DNA from: Deltaproteobacteria bacterium
GTDB taxonomy: Bacteria > Bdellovibrionota > JACOXK01
Length of the DNA stretch: 64,000 bases
NCBI GenBank assembly: GCA_016182335.1
Contig: JACOXK010000057.1
Span: 706-64,705 of the forward strand
Direction of reading: 5' to 3'
Position numbers and translations under genes: made by a program. The notes under the pieces were generated by a model. The model ran no database searches. It was given only the letters and a program-made list of their open reading frames with translations, and was not told the DNA's origin. The first letter of the stretch is position 1. The number at the start of each line of letters is the position of its first letter. This document shows positions 9,419 through 18,523 of the stretch, piece after piece.

Positions 9419-11209
9419 TCACATACCAACAAGGAGGGCACTTATCTCCTCTGTCATCTCGGGTAGAGGAATGTGAGAAACTTCCATCTCCTCACCTTTT
9501 TTTCGAATGACGACATTTATTTTAGAAAACTTCTCATCATAGTTTGGAAAATCAACTCTCGTATGCCCACCACGGCTTTCTTTTCGTTCCAAAGCAGCCC
9601 TAGTCATAGCCTCTGAGACGGTCATCAAGGCATAAAGATCCAATGCCTGGTGCCAACCAGGGTTGAAATCACGATTTCCATCTACTTTTACTTGAGGTAA
9701 CTCTTTTTTAAGATTGGCTAAGTCAACCAAAGCTTGCTTCAATTCACTTTCTTCCCTGGCAATATTGACGTTTCTAGACATTGTGTCTTGTAATTTCTCA
9801 AAAACATCGTAAGGATTCAAGCCTTCTGTTTTGTTTAAAGGGGCGAGCATTTCTTGAAACGACTTATCCACTTCTGCTTCATTCACCTTCGTAAAAGTAC
9901 TTTTTTTCTTGGCTGTTTGTGCAGCGAAATAGCCAGCACGCCTTCCAAAGACAAGAAGATCACTTAAAGAATTACCACCCAAACGATTAGCTCCATGCAA
10001 CCCAGCTGAACATTCTCCAGCTGCATAAAGACCTTGTACAGTTGATTCCTGAGTTTCTGCGTCAACTCGCACCCCACCCATCATGTAATGTGCTGTGGGA
10101 GCCACTTCCATAGGTTGTTTGGTAATATCCACATCGGCTAATTTCTTAAATTGATGATACATGCTGGGGAGTTTTTTCTTGATGTAATCAGCAGGTCTGC
10201 GTGACGCAATATCCAAATGAACCCCACCATGGGCAGTTCCACGCCCGCCATTGACTTCTTTCATAATGGCACGGGCAACGACATCTCTTGTTAACAATTC
10301 AGGAGCTCGTCGTGCCCCTTTTTCACCCAGGTACCACCTTTCAGCTTCATCCAATGTGTCTGCTGTATCTTCTTTGTAGGCTTCAGGAATATTCTTAAAC
10401 ATGAATCTCTCACCATGAGAATTTGTAAGAATACCACCTTCCCCTCGAACTGCCTCGGTAATAAGAGTGCCTTTGACGCTTGGCGGCCACACCATTCCCG
10501 TAGGATGAAATTGCATAAACTCTAAATCGATGAGATCGGCACCAGCATGATACGCTAAAGCATGTCCATCTCCTGTGTATTCCCAAGAGTTACTCGATAC
10601 TTTAAAACATTTACCAACACCACCTGTGGCTAAAATAATCGATTTTGCTTTAAATAAGACAAACTTTCCAGAGGGACGCCAATAACCCACGGCTCCACAG
10701 ATACGACCATCATCTATTAATAGTTTTTGAACATTGCATTCCATGTAAACTTCAATGCCTTGATGAATGCCTTTGTCCTGAAGAGTTCGAATTAATTCTA
10801 AACCTGTTCTATCTCCTACGTGAGCTAATCGCGGATATCTGTGTCCACCAAAGTTTCTTTGTAAAATTCTGCCATCTTCTGTGCGGTCAAATACAGCCCC
10901 CCAAGCCTCAAGCTCATTAACTCTCTCTGGAGCTTCTTTCGCGTGGATCTGGGCCATTTTCCAGTTATTAAGCATTTTGCCACCACGCATTGTGTCTCTA
11001 AAATGCACTTGCCAGTTGTCTTCCATTGCTACGTTACCCAAAGCAGCAGCCATGCCGCCTTCGGCCATTACTGTGTGAGCTTTTCCTAGAAGGGATTTAC
11101 AAACAATACCTGTTGAAACTCCGTGAGCAGATGCTTCAATAGCAGCACGCAAGCCAGCACCACCGGCTCCAATGACGAGAACATCATGTTCAACAACTTG
11201 AAAATCCAT
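9419..11209 (-). CDS. sdhA: succinate dehydrogenase/fumarate reductase flavoprotein subunit
   Basis: FAD-binding DVLVIGAGGAGLRAA, HTVMAEGG (covalent-FAD His), and a conserved C-terminal domain. 596 aa. Confidence 0.9.
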   Translation of the reverse strand: MDFQVVEHDVLVIGAGGAGLRAAIEASAHGVSTGIVCKSLLGKAHTVMAEGGMAAALGNVAMEDNWQVHFRDTMRGGKMLNNWKMAQIHAKEAPERVNELEAWGAVFDRTEDGRILQRNFGGHRYPRLAHVGDRTGLELIRTLQDKGIHQGIEVYMECNVQKLLIDDGRICGAVGYWRPSGKFVLFKAKSIILATGGVGKCFKVSSNSWEYTGDGHALAYHAGADLIDLEFMQFHPTGMVWPPSVKGTLITEAVRGEGGILTNSHGERFMFKNIPEAYKEDTADTLDEAERWYLGEKGARRAPELLTRDVVARAIMKEVNGGRGTAHGGVHLDIASRRPADYIKKKLPSMYHQFKKLADVDITKQPMEVAPTAHYMMGGVRVDAETQESTVQGLYAAGECSAGLHGANRLGGNSLSDLLVFGRRAGYFAAQTAKKKSTFTKVNEAEVDKSFQEMLAPLNKTEGLNPYDVFEKLQDTMSRNVNIAREESELKQALVDLANLKKELPQVKVDGNRDFNPGWHQALDLYALMTVSEAMTRAALERKESRGGHTRVDFPNYDEKFSKINVVIRKKGEEMEVSHIPLPEMTEEISALLVGM

Positions 11210-11943
11210 TAGAAAATTCTAAAATCTTTTATAATTCCCATAGAGACAAGACGAACATATAAGTCTGAAAAACCAACCATAAAAAGAGAAAGCCAGGCCC
11301 ACAGCATGTGCTTTTTGTTCAAACAACTCACTACTTCCCATGTTTTGTGTTGAACGTCTCCCGGTGTGCCACATTTTGAAAAACAATCCATTCGTCCACC
11401 GACAAGATGTCTTAAACTATGGCATGAAAAAGTATAAAGAGATAAAAGAGACGTATTAGCAAAAAGAACAAGAGTTCCTGCTCCAATTCCAAAACCATTT
11501 TCAAAACGGGTCGCGTGATAAACATCGATCCAAAGAATTACGATAAAAATAAGCGCAAGATAAAGAAAACAGCGATGAATGTTTTGAAAGATAAAAGGAA
11601 AATTCGTTTCCCCCTTATATTTTCTGATTTTTAAATCTCCCACAGCACAGGCTGGAGGTGAAAGAAAAAATGCCCTGTAATAAGCTTTTCGATAGTAATA
11701 GCAGGTAGCACGAAATCCTGCCGGTGCCCAAAGAATGAGAAAGGCAGGGGACCATTTCCACCAATCGACTACAATTAAAGGGGAGTAAAATGGGGAAAGG
11801 TAAGGCCCCCATTGATAGTGTTCTCCTTGAAATGCGGCCCACGCCGAATAAATGCCAAAAAGACTCAGCCCAATAAAGACAGCTAGCGGGCTCAACCACC
11901 AAAAATCTTTTCGAGATGTTTCAAGAAATTGTTCTTCTCTCAC
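11209..11943 (-). CDS. sdhC: succinate dehydrogenase cytochrome b subunit (single large membrane anchor, type B-like)
   Basis: 244-aa polytopic membrane protein with conserved His residues, directly upstream of and overlapping sdhA (ATGA junction). Confidence 0.6.
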   Translation of the reverse strand: MREEQFLETSRKDFWWLSPLAVFIGLSLFGIYSAWAAFQGEHYQWGPYLSPFYSPLIVVDWWKWSPAFLILWAPAGFRATCYYYRKAYYRAFFLSPPACAVGDLKIRKYKGETNFPFIFQNIHRCFLYLALIFIVILWIDVYHATRFENGFGIGAGTLVLFANTSLLSLYTFSCHSLRHLVGGRMDCFSKCGTPGDVQHKTWEVVSCLNKKHMLWAWLSLFMVGFSDLYVRLVSMGIIKDFRIF

Positions 11944-11982
11944 CTGTAGTTTCTTCGGGCTATCATAGGGTCAAAATCTTAG

Positions 11983-12186
11983 TCAAGTTTCTTCCATCGT
12001 TATTCGATAAGAAGTTTGTTCGTCTATAAATTTCTCATAAACTAAATGCGCAAAATAATACTGATCTTTTACATTGGTATTAGGATCAAGTTCTAAGATG
12101 TATCCTTGTTTTCGAATTTTTTTCATAAGCCTTTTCAATCGAATCTTAATTTTGTCTTGTTGATTCATGATGGCTTGCATAAGCAA
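11983..12186 (-). CDS. hypothetical small protein
   Basis: 67-aa ORF upstream of sdhC. No recognisable motif. Could be non-coding. Confidence 0.2.
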   Translation of the reverse strand: MLMQAIMNQQDKIKIRLKRLMKKIRKQGYILELDPNTNVKDQYYFAHLVYEKFIDEQTSYRITMEET

Positions 12187-12279
12187 CTATGATGCCAAGT
12201 TATATGGAGAAGCCTAAAACGGTCGCGTGCCGAGAAAACACACATCGACATTTCTATCCTGCAGGGCTGGCGACGTGTT

Positions 12280-12684
12280 CTATTTTGGAACAGACTTGAA
12301 TTCGCAAGACAGTTCGCTGAAAGTTTTTTGCCAATAAAAACCGCACTGAGGATTGAAACTTACAGAATCTCTATCAGCAATATCTAGCGGAGTGAGAGGA
12401 AAAAGCTTACAAACCAAAGGCTTGATCTTATTAATAGTACATAATCTTGATTTTGTGTCGTAGGCGGGACACACATAACCAATTTGGCAACAGTTGCCAC
12501 AACGAGTGCAATCGCCCTTTCTTTGAGAAATAAAGAAATCTGTTTTATCGTCTTTGAAGCGAGACCAATAAACTCTTCGAAATTTTCCAAAGAGAGCTGC
12601 TCTTTGTTGCTTGTCGAGATAAAAACAGATAATAATAATAACTCGAATTCCAGCAAGGAATTTCTTATAGTAGAGCTTAACCAT
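12280..12684 (-). CDS. YkgJ-family (UPF0153) Cys-cluster protein
   Basis: Contains CTRCGNCCQIGYVCPAYD...C...C, the CxxCxxCC pattern typical of the YkgJ zinc/iron-chelating domain. Confidence 0.55.
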   Translation of the reverse strand: MVKLYYKKFLAGIRVIIIICFYLDKQQRAALFGKFRRVYWSRFKDDKTDFFISQRKGDCTRCGNCCQIGYVCPAYDTKSRLCTINKIKPLVCKLFPLTPLDIADRDSVSFNPQCGFYWQKTFSELSCEFKSVPK

Positions 12685-12754
12685 CGCAAAGGCTTTACTA
12701 TAGGGGTTTTGCTAGGTCAATAAAAGGGCAGCTAGGGGGAAGAATCAGTATTAT

Positions 12755-13285
12755 ATGAAAAGAATATTTCAAATTATCATCATTGTATTGATTTTAGGAA
12801 TTTGTGCTTATTTCTTTGTGATGAAGGACGAGCGTCTTCCTCACACCTCAGTAAGTGTTGGAAATATGTCACCTGATTTTGAGCTTCAAACACAGGATGG
12901 AAGGTTATTTAAACTTTCCGGGCTTCGGGGAAAAGTCGTCGTTTTAAATTTTTGGGCCACCTGGTGCCATGCCTGTCAGGAAGAAATTCCTTCCATGAAC
13001 GAGTTAGCTGCGGCTTTTGCTTCGAATCAATTGGAAATTGTTGCTGTAAGTCTAGATAATTCCTGGGACGAGATTGATGCATTGTTTAAAAAAATGGGAA
13101 AGCCAAAGTTTCTAGTACTTTTAGACCAAGAGAAAACTGTATTTCAACAGTACGGGGTTCATAGAGTGCCTGAAAGCTTTATTATCAGCCCTGATGGCAC
13201 AATCATAAAACACATTATGGGTACGATTGACTGGAACAGTGACAAAACCAAAAGCCTCATTCGTATTCTGCTAAATAAGAGTTGA
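12755..13285 (+). CDS. TlpA/ResA-like membrane-anchored thiol-disulfide oxidoreductase (thioredoxin fold)
   Basis: N-terminal TM helix. WATWCHACQEEIPSM provides the CxxC active site in a thioredoxin-like context. Confidence 0.75.
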   Translation: MKRIFQIIIIVLILGICAYFFVMKDERLPHTSVSVGNMSPDFELQTQDGRLFKLSGLRGKVVVLNFWATWCHACQEEIPSMNELAAAFASNQLEIVAVSLDNSWDEIDALFKKMGKPKFLVLLDQEKTVFQQYGVHRVPESFIISPDGTIIKHIMGTIDWNSDKTKSLIRILLNKS

Positions 13286-13374
13286 TTAGTTAAATATATT
13301 TTACCGGCCATGCCGTAAGACCCCGACGCTTGCGTCAGGGAGCCTCACTCGCTAATGACAGCAGTAATTTTAGG

Positions 13375-13899
13375 TTAAGATTTGTGAATTTTATTTGAAA
13401 CCCGAAGTCTGTCGGGGAGTCCATCGTGCGAACCACACTCATGTTGTTTGGGGATGTCATGCCACCATGAGTCTTTACATTGTTCCTGTCGACTTGGGTT
13501 GAGCGGATAATATATTTTGTTTTCTTTTTTTGAAGCTTCTCCTACGACCAATAATCTCACATCTGATTCTGTATTATTAATGAAAGTATGACTAATGCCA
13601 GTACCACTTGGAAAACCAACGGCATCTCCTGGTTTTAGAGAATAAATATTTCCATTGATCCAAACATCAGGATTCCCTTCTATAACGTAAACAAATTCTT
13701 CTTCAGCACTTTCCGCATGTGGCCAGGAAGTTCTTCTTCCCGGGGGTAGAAGTTCATGATGAATTCCTAGTTTTTTCAAGCCAAAAGCCCTTCCAAATGG
13801 TGATCCGATGGATAGCAATTCTTTTGAGTTTGGATAGCTACATGAATCTGCTTCTTGGATTTCGGTATAATGTTTAATAAATTCTGGTCGTTGGATCAT
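13375..13899 (-). CDS. cupin domain protein
   Basis: Starts MIQRPEFIKHY.... The cupin motifs are G(D)AVGFPSGTGISHTF and LLVVGE. The longer track ORF (to 14022) simply reads through the tRNA gene. Confidence 0.55.
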   Translation of the reverse strand: MIQRPEFIKHYTEIQEADSCSYPNSKELLSIGSPFGRAFGLKKLGIHHELLPPGRRTSWPHAESAEEEFVYVIEGNPDVWINGNIYSLKPGDAVGFPSGTGISHTFINNTESDVRLLVVGEASKKENKIYYPLNPSRQEQCKDSWWHDIPKQHECGSHDGLPDRLRVSNKIHKS

Positions 13900-13922
13900 A
13901 ATGGAATGGTCCGAAAAAAAAG

Positions 13923-13999
13923 TGGTTGCGGGGGCTGGATTTGAACCAGCGACCTCTGGGTTATGAGCCCAACGAGCTACCAGGCTGCTCCACCCCGCG
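13923..13999 (-). tRNA. initiator tRNA-fMet (anticodon CAT), CCA encoded
   Basis: The reverse complement reads CGCGGGGTGGAGCAGCCTGGTAGCTCGTTGGGCTCATAACCCAGAGGTCGCTGGTTCAAATCCAGCCCCCGCAACCA. It matches the E. coli tRNA-fMet pattern: 3 G-C pairs in the anticodon stem and a C1xA72 mismatch. Confidence 0.9.
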
Positions 14000-14078
14000 T
14001 TAACCATCTTTTCGAAGGACATTTGTTCTTCTTAGAATCAGTTACTTGTAACGTCAGAGCTTCTAACATGTCAAGGCA

Positions 14079-14106
14079 TTGTGAAAAAACAAAAATATGC
14101 TATAAT
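14079..14106 (+). promoter_or_regulatory. sigma70-like promoter with extended -10 (TTGTGA-N16-TGcTATAAT)
   Basis: Read directly from the sequence. It sits ~35 nt upstream of the small ORF at 14140, which has the strong SD AAGGGGG. Confidence 0.3.
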
Positions 14107-14139
14107 TTTGTGCAGTTTTGCTTTAAGGGGGTAATAAAT

Positions 14140-14331
14140 ATGTCAGATATGAACACGAACTCTAGCATTGTGGACCTTTCTCAGAAGAGAAAAACCAAAG
14201 GGGTGGACCCAAAACACTTAAGGCGCCAAAAGGATATTCGTGAATTTTACCAATATATTCATGCAAATAACTTAAGAAAAGAAGCACTGTACCTCATAGA
14301 TGCGCACCTCTATAAGACAAAAATTGCTTAA
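14140..14331 (+). CDS. hypothetical small basic protein (63 aa)
   Basis: Strong SD, a promoter upstream, and a Lys/Arg-rich product (MSDMNTNSSIVDLSQKRKTKGVDPKHLRRQKDIREF...). Confidence 0.3.
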   Translation: MSDMNTNSSIVDLSQKRKTKGVDPKHLRRQKDIREFYQYIHANNLRKEALYLIDAHLYKTKIA

Positions 14332-14338
14332 AGTAGAA

Positions 14339-15352
14339 TCAAGAGTTTCGTGATGAAAGAAAGAGCTTTTCTAACTCTTTGTTAAAAGACGATTTTTTAA
14401 GTTTTTGTAGGTTGCTTTCTCTTTTTTTCCATTCTTTACTGAACGTGCCGTTCTTAATATCTTTTAAAATGACTTTCATCCTCTGTTTTATTTTTTTATC
14501 GCAAACTTTTTGTCCACGAGTTAACGCCCCATAGGAAGCAATGGGACTGATAGCCTCAAACATTCCAGCAACACCCTTTTCTAATAAAATATCTACCATA
14601 AATTTTAATTTATAAAAGCTTTCATAAAAAGCCATTAAGGGTGAAATTCCATTTTCAACCATTGTTTCATAGCCTTGTTTTAAGAGTTCAAGAATGCCGC
14701 CAGGCAAAAGACACTGTTCGCTAAAAAGATTCGAGATAACTTCCTGCTTAAAATTGGCATAAAAAACTTTGTTTTTTGTGCAGCCTAGAGCCTTGGCATA
14801 AGCCAAGGTAAGAGGCTTTAAATTTTTATGAGACCAACTCACAACAACCGGAACTCCACCACCCGAAAGATAAGCTTTGCGCATGGCAATTCCAGTGGCC
14901 TTAGGGGCTACAAGAAAATATTTTAAATTATTAGGCAGTTTAAGGTCTCCCAAAATAAAACTATAGCTATGAGAAAAACCTAGAATAGGATAGATCGCCA
15001 TGGTCGTCTGGATCCCCGCTAGTGCCCTTTGAGCTAAAGGGGGGGATGACAATCGCGATGACAATGATGCAGTAATGACAGAAAAAAGCTCAGAGTGGGT
15101 TTCATCAGGGGTGAGAAACATAAGTATGTCAGCTTTTGTTGCTATTTCCTCAAAAGAATAGCTTTGGAATCCATCTTTGTGGGCGATCTTTCTTGATTGA
15201 CTATTGGATCTTAAACCAATAAAGATTTTAAACCCTGAGTCGCGAAGATTCAAAGCTTGAGCGCGTCCCTGATTTCCATAACCTAAAATACCAATTTTTT
15301 TTAACTTCAAAGGCGCAAGATCAATAGTATTGTTGCTGTGGCTCATGTTCAT
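14339..15352 (-). CDS. ilvC: ketol-acid reductoisomerase (class I KARI)
   Basis: Rossmann N-terminus KIGILGYGNQGRAQALNLRDSG with a conserved KARI central and C-terminal region. 337 aa. Confidence 0.7.
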   Translation of the reverse strand: MNMSHSNNTIDLAPLKLKKIGILGYGNQGRAQALNLRDSGFKIFIGLRSNSQSRKIAHKDGFQSYSFEEIATKADILMFLTPDETHSELFSVITASLSSRLSSPPLAQRALAGIQTTMAIYPILGFSHSYSFILGDLKLPNNLKYFLVAPKATGIAMRKAYLSGGGVPVVVSWSHKNLKPLTLAYAKALGCTKNKVFYANFKQEVISNLFSEQCLLPGGILELLKQGYETMVENGISPLMAFYESFYKLKFMVDILLEKGVAGMFEAISPIASYGALTRGQKVCDKKIKQRMKVILKDIKNGTFSKEWKKRESNLQKLKKSSFNKELEKLFLSSRNS

Positions 15353-15420
15353 AGGCGTTTTTTATACATGGGATTGTTCTGGTTGCATAGTCTACACAAA
15401 TACCTAATAATGGAAGGCAG

Positions 15421-16419
15421 ATGATTCAAATAGTACTTTGGGATGACAGTGGTAATACAACCACAACTCAGGATATTGGCCTTGTTAAAAAGGCCCTTTC
15501 TGAGCAAAAACACCGCTTTTGGGTCGATTTTGATTCACCAACAAAAGAGGAATTATCCCTCCTAGAAGAAATTTTTCATTTTCATCCACTTGCTGTGAAG
15601 GCTGTGCGAGATTTAGTGGGGCTGCCGAAAATTGACTTTTATGAAGACTATCTTTTTCTAGTTCTGCACCGTGTATTTTATCATTTTGAATCTGAAAAAT
15701 GCGAATTAAGAGAGTTTGAAGTTTTTTTCTCTAAGCAATTTGTTGTCACAACTCACCAGGCACACCTATCCAGAACCTTTCACTCAACACGTGAACAGGT
15801 GTGTGAACATCGAATAGAATTAGCTCAGCATGGAACAAGTTATCTTCTTTTCAGGCTTCTGAGCATGGCGTTGCAGGATTATAAACCAGCCATAGAAAAG
15901 TGGCAGGATACGCTTGATGAAATTGAACACAGTGTGTTTGAGAGAAGTAGGAACCAGATTTTGGAAAGAATTTTAGAATTTAAGAAATTGGTTACTCATA
16001 TGCGAAGATCACTCTTACCAGAAAGAGAAGTTCTTATTGAATTGTACGAAAATAGAAATCTTCCTATTTTCGCTAAGGGAACCCATCCTTATTTTAAAGT
16101 GGTTTTGGAGAGCATGAACGTGCTCATGCGGGAGCTTGAAAGTTTGAGAGATCATGCAACTTCTATTTTTGATATTTATACGGCGATGCTTTCGATTCGG
16201 ATGACGGAAACATCCCATAAACTTAATTATGTCATGCAACGATTAACGATGGCCGCTACCATTTTCATGCCTTTGACGTTTATAGTTGGTGTTTATGGAA
16301 TGAATTTTAAATTCATGCCTGAGCTCAACTGGAAATGGGGATATTTTTTGCTCTGGGGATTGATGGTTAGTGTCACCTCTGGAATGGTTTTTTTCTTCAA
16401 GCGAAAAAAATGGTTCTAA
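15421..16419 (+). CDS. corA: magnesium/cobalt transporter CorA
   Basis: C-terminal GVYGMNFKFMPEL (YGMNF motif) followed by two TM helices. 332 aa. Confidence 0.85.
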   Translation: MIQIVLWDDSGNTTTTQDIGLVKKALSEQKHRFWVDFDSPTKEELSLLEEIFHFHPLAVKAVRDLVGLPKIDFYEDYLFLVLHRVFYHFESEKCELREFEVFFSKQFVVTTHQAHLSRTFHSTREQVCEHRIELAQHGTSYLLFRLLSMALQDYKPAIEKWQDTLDEIEHSVFERSRNQILERILEFKKLVTHMRRSLLPEREVLIELYENRNLPIFAKGTHPYFKVVLESMNVLMRELESLRDHATSIFDIYTAMLSIRMTETSHKLNYVMQRLTMAATIFMPLTFIVGVYGMNFKFMPELNWKWGYFLLWGLMVSVTSGMVFFFKRKKWF

Positions 16420-16428
16420 AATAACTCT

Positions 16429-17136
16429 TTAGTCTGCAAAGAGATATTTTCCATCACGAACTTTAGCGAGAGTTTCTTTGAGTCGAAGGACTGTGGCATT
16501 GTAAGCATCATCTGACTTTTCATTTTTTTTCTCTTTTATAAATTCTGAAATCTGCTCACGTAAGGATCTTACAAAATGGAAATAAGGTTCATTGTCTTCA
16601 TCGTATGAAATAAGATCATAAATAAGACCTTTCTTATTAAAATAAAATACAATTTTATATTTAATATCCACTTCCTCCTTGCTTTCGGCTTTGAAAATAG
16701 TCGTCATAGTGACTTTTATGGAGGATTCTTCTCTGTCTACGTGGTCAGAATATTGAATTAAAAAATTAGTTTTTTTGAGGGACTTTTGAACTTGCGGGTA
16801 CGCTATAGCTTCGATGAGTTCTTGAAGTGTTTTTTGAAATTCTTTTTTAGAAGAGCCACTCGTCCAATATTCATTCTTATACCTTTCATGAAGAGCCTGC
16901 TCTGTCATCGTGTTAAAATCAAAATATTTCCTTAATTCGTTAGTGGGGTGCTCTTTTTGTTTCTCGTATTCTAATTTGTTGGTTTTGACTAACGCATATT
17001 CAGGATGTGTTTTAAGAATGTCGATCATTTGTTTAAGCCTTTGCACCTGAATGGGCTCTTGAGCAATGGCGCTGTAGGCAGCAGATACAATCAATGAAAA
17101 AGCATATAAAAACAACAGTTTAGACGTATTTTGCAT
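16429..17136 (-). CDS. hypothetical secreted protein
   Basis: Signal peptide MQNTSKLLFLYAFSLIVSAAYSA. No confident domain. There is a weak resemblance to periplasmic lipid-binding proteins. Confidence 0.35.
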   Translation of the reverse strand: MQNTSKLLFLYAFSLIVSAAYSAIAQEPIQVQRLKQMIDILKTHPEYALVKTNKLEYEKQKEHPTNELRKYFDFNTMTEQALHERYKNEYWTSGSSKKEFQKTLQELIEAIAYPQVQKSLKKTNFLIQYSDHVDREESSIKVTMTTIFKAESKEEVDIKYKIVFYFNKKGLIYDLISYDEDNEPYFHFVRSLREQISEFIKEKKNEKSDDAYNATVLRLKETLAKVRDGKYLFAD

Positions 17137-17167
17137 GAAGACCCCTTTCTTTTTTGGAATACCACAA

Positions 17168-18445
17168 TTATACCATATTTTTTATAATCTCTGTGAAGAC
17201 ATTCATGCTTCTCACATCTTCTAAAATCAACTTTTTGTTTGAGCATAATGGAATTTCCATATGTTCTGGAATGAGGCTGCCGTGAGAAGCCTTGTGCTTA
17301 GGAAACTCAAACTGGTCACGCAAATCGAATCCTTTTTTGGCGCATATGACAACATCACCACATCGAGGGGATTGGAATAATGAGGAAAGTTGAAAGTCCA
17401 TGTCTGGATATTGTGATTGCCACCCTCCCCCTTGTCCCCTCCCATCGATGGAGGGGGGGGCTTCGCTATAATTCAGAGTCACAATGCCTCGTTCTTTAGA
17501 TTTCATTGCAATCCAGTCAACGGCGTCTTGTTCGAGAAGCATTTGTAGAATCCATTTGTGCTCATCAGCGAGAGTTTCGTAAAAAACTCTTTCTTTTCGA
17601 TCTGTAAAATAGAGATGGGCCATGGCATTCCCGGATGGCATCACTGAATACTGAAATTTTTTTCTCCATATTTTTGGATAATAGAAAACTTTTTGTTTCT
17701 GTTTTTCTAAAAACTGGGAAAGATCAAAATGAGAATGAGTATCACTTAAACCATGATCGCTGGTCGCAATAACAAGTGTGTTTTCAAAATGAGGGTCATT
17801 AAGCCTGATGTGTTTATCTAAAATATCTCCAAAATAGTGATCTGCCCGCCTATAAGCCTCTTTTAATTTCTTACTTTGAAGGCCAAAGTGATGAGCCGTG
17901 CCGTCAATTCCAGGAAAGACACAGAACACAAACGTGGGTTTGAGAGGAATTGATTTCAAAAAACTCTGTGAAATTCTTTGATCCACCCACAACCACCGAC
18001 CAGAAAAATGGGCAGTCGGTGAGTAAATAGATTTAATCCAAGAGATTTTATTTTTCGACGAATGAGAAAGACCTAGCGAAATAGGATTGTAAAGATTAAA
18101 GCTATGGTCAAAGTAATGAAAAAGAGACTTAGTATTTTTTGTTATGTCATGATTGATCGAAAAACTGTGATAGCCAACATAGCTTCTTGAAAATCGTTTT
18201 TTTTTTAAATGGTAGGCCTCTTTATCGAACCATCGAATGCCTGGAATGTTACACTCGCCAGGAGTTTTTCCGGTTAAAAAGGGTAAATAGGCTGGACCCG
18301 TTGTCGAGGGAAAGCTTGTATAGATTTTTTTAAATTCACCAGAAGAAAGAAGGTATTTTTGAATATTGGGTAAAGAACCCTGTTCAAGAAGGGCTTTAAA
18401 AAGAGAGTAGGAGGCTCCGTCCCAAAGGAAAAAGAAACAATGTTT
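17168..18445 (-). CDS. alkaline phosphatase superfamily protein (type I phosphodiesterase / nucleotide pyrophosphatase-like)
   Basis: Has FFLWDGASY (metal-ligand region) and LVIATSDHGLSDTHSHFD (the AlkP-superfamily DHG/H motif). Start taken at MKHCFFF. Confidence 0.6.
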   Translation of the reverse strand, partial: KHCFFFLWDGASYSLFKALLEQGSLPNIQKYLLSSGEFKKIYTSFPSTTGPAYLPFLTGKTPGECNIPGIRWFDKEAYHLKKKRFSRSYVGYHSFSINHDITKNTKSLFHYFDHSFNLYNPISLGLSHSSKNKISWIKSIYSPTAHFSGRWLWVDQRISQSFLKSIPLKPTFVFCVFPGIDGTAHHFGLQSKKLKEAYRRADHYFGDILDKHIRLNDPHFENTLVIATSDHGLSDTHSHFDLSQFLEKQKQKVFYYPKIWRKKFQYSVMPSGNAMAHLYFTDRKERVFYETLADEHKWILQMLLEQDAVDWIAMKSKERGIVTLNYSEAPPSIDGRGQGGGWQSQYPDMDFQLSSLFQSPRCGDVVICAKKGFDLRDQFEFPKHKASHGSLIPEHMEIPLCSNKKLILEDVRSMNVFTEIIKNMV

Positions 18446-18480
18446 CATTAATATATATGAAAAAAATATCGATCCCTCGT

Positions 18481-18517
18481 CAAGCTCGGGGTGACAGAAA
18501 ACAAGCTCGGGGTGACA
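18481..18517 (-). promoter_or_regulatory. tandem 16-bp direct repeat (TGTCACCCCGAGCTTG x2, 5-bp spacer) abutting a TTGACG -35-like hexamer upstream of the AlkP-family gene
   Basis: Read directly from the sequence. The TGTCA(C) heptads resemble Pho-box half-sites. Confidence 0.35.
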
Positions 18518-18523
18518 CAAATA

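Noticed and set aside
12384-12723. Overlapping ORFs 12384..12689(-) and 12484..12723(+)
   Set aside because: Alternative frames and antisense of the YkgJ-family CDS, which has the diagnostic Cys motif.
13375-14022. 215-aa minus-strand ORF as drawn in the track
   Set aside because: Its first 41 codons are a read-through translation of the tRNA-fMet gene. The real cupin CDS starts at the internal Met (13899).
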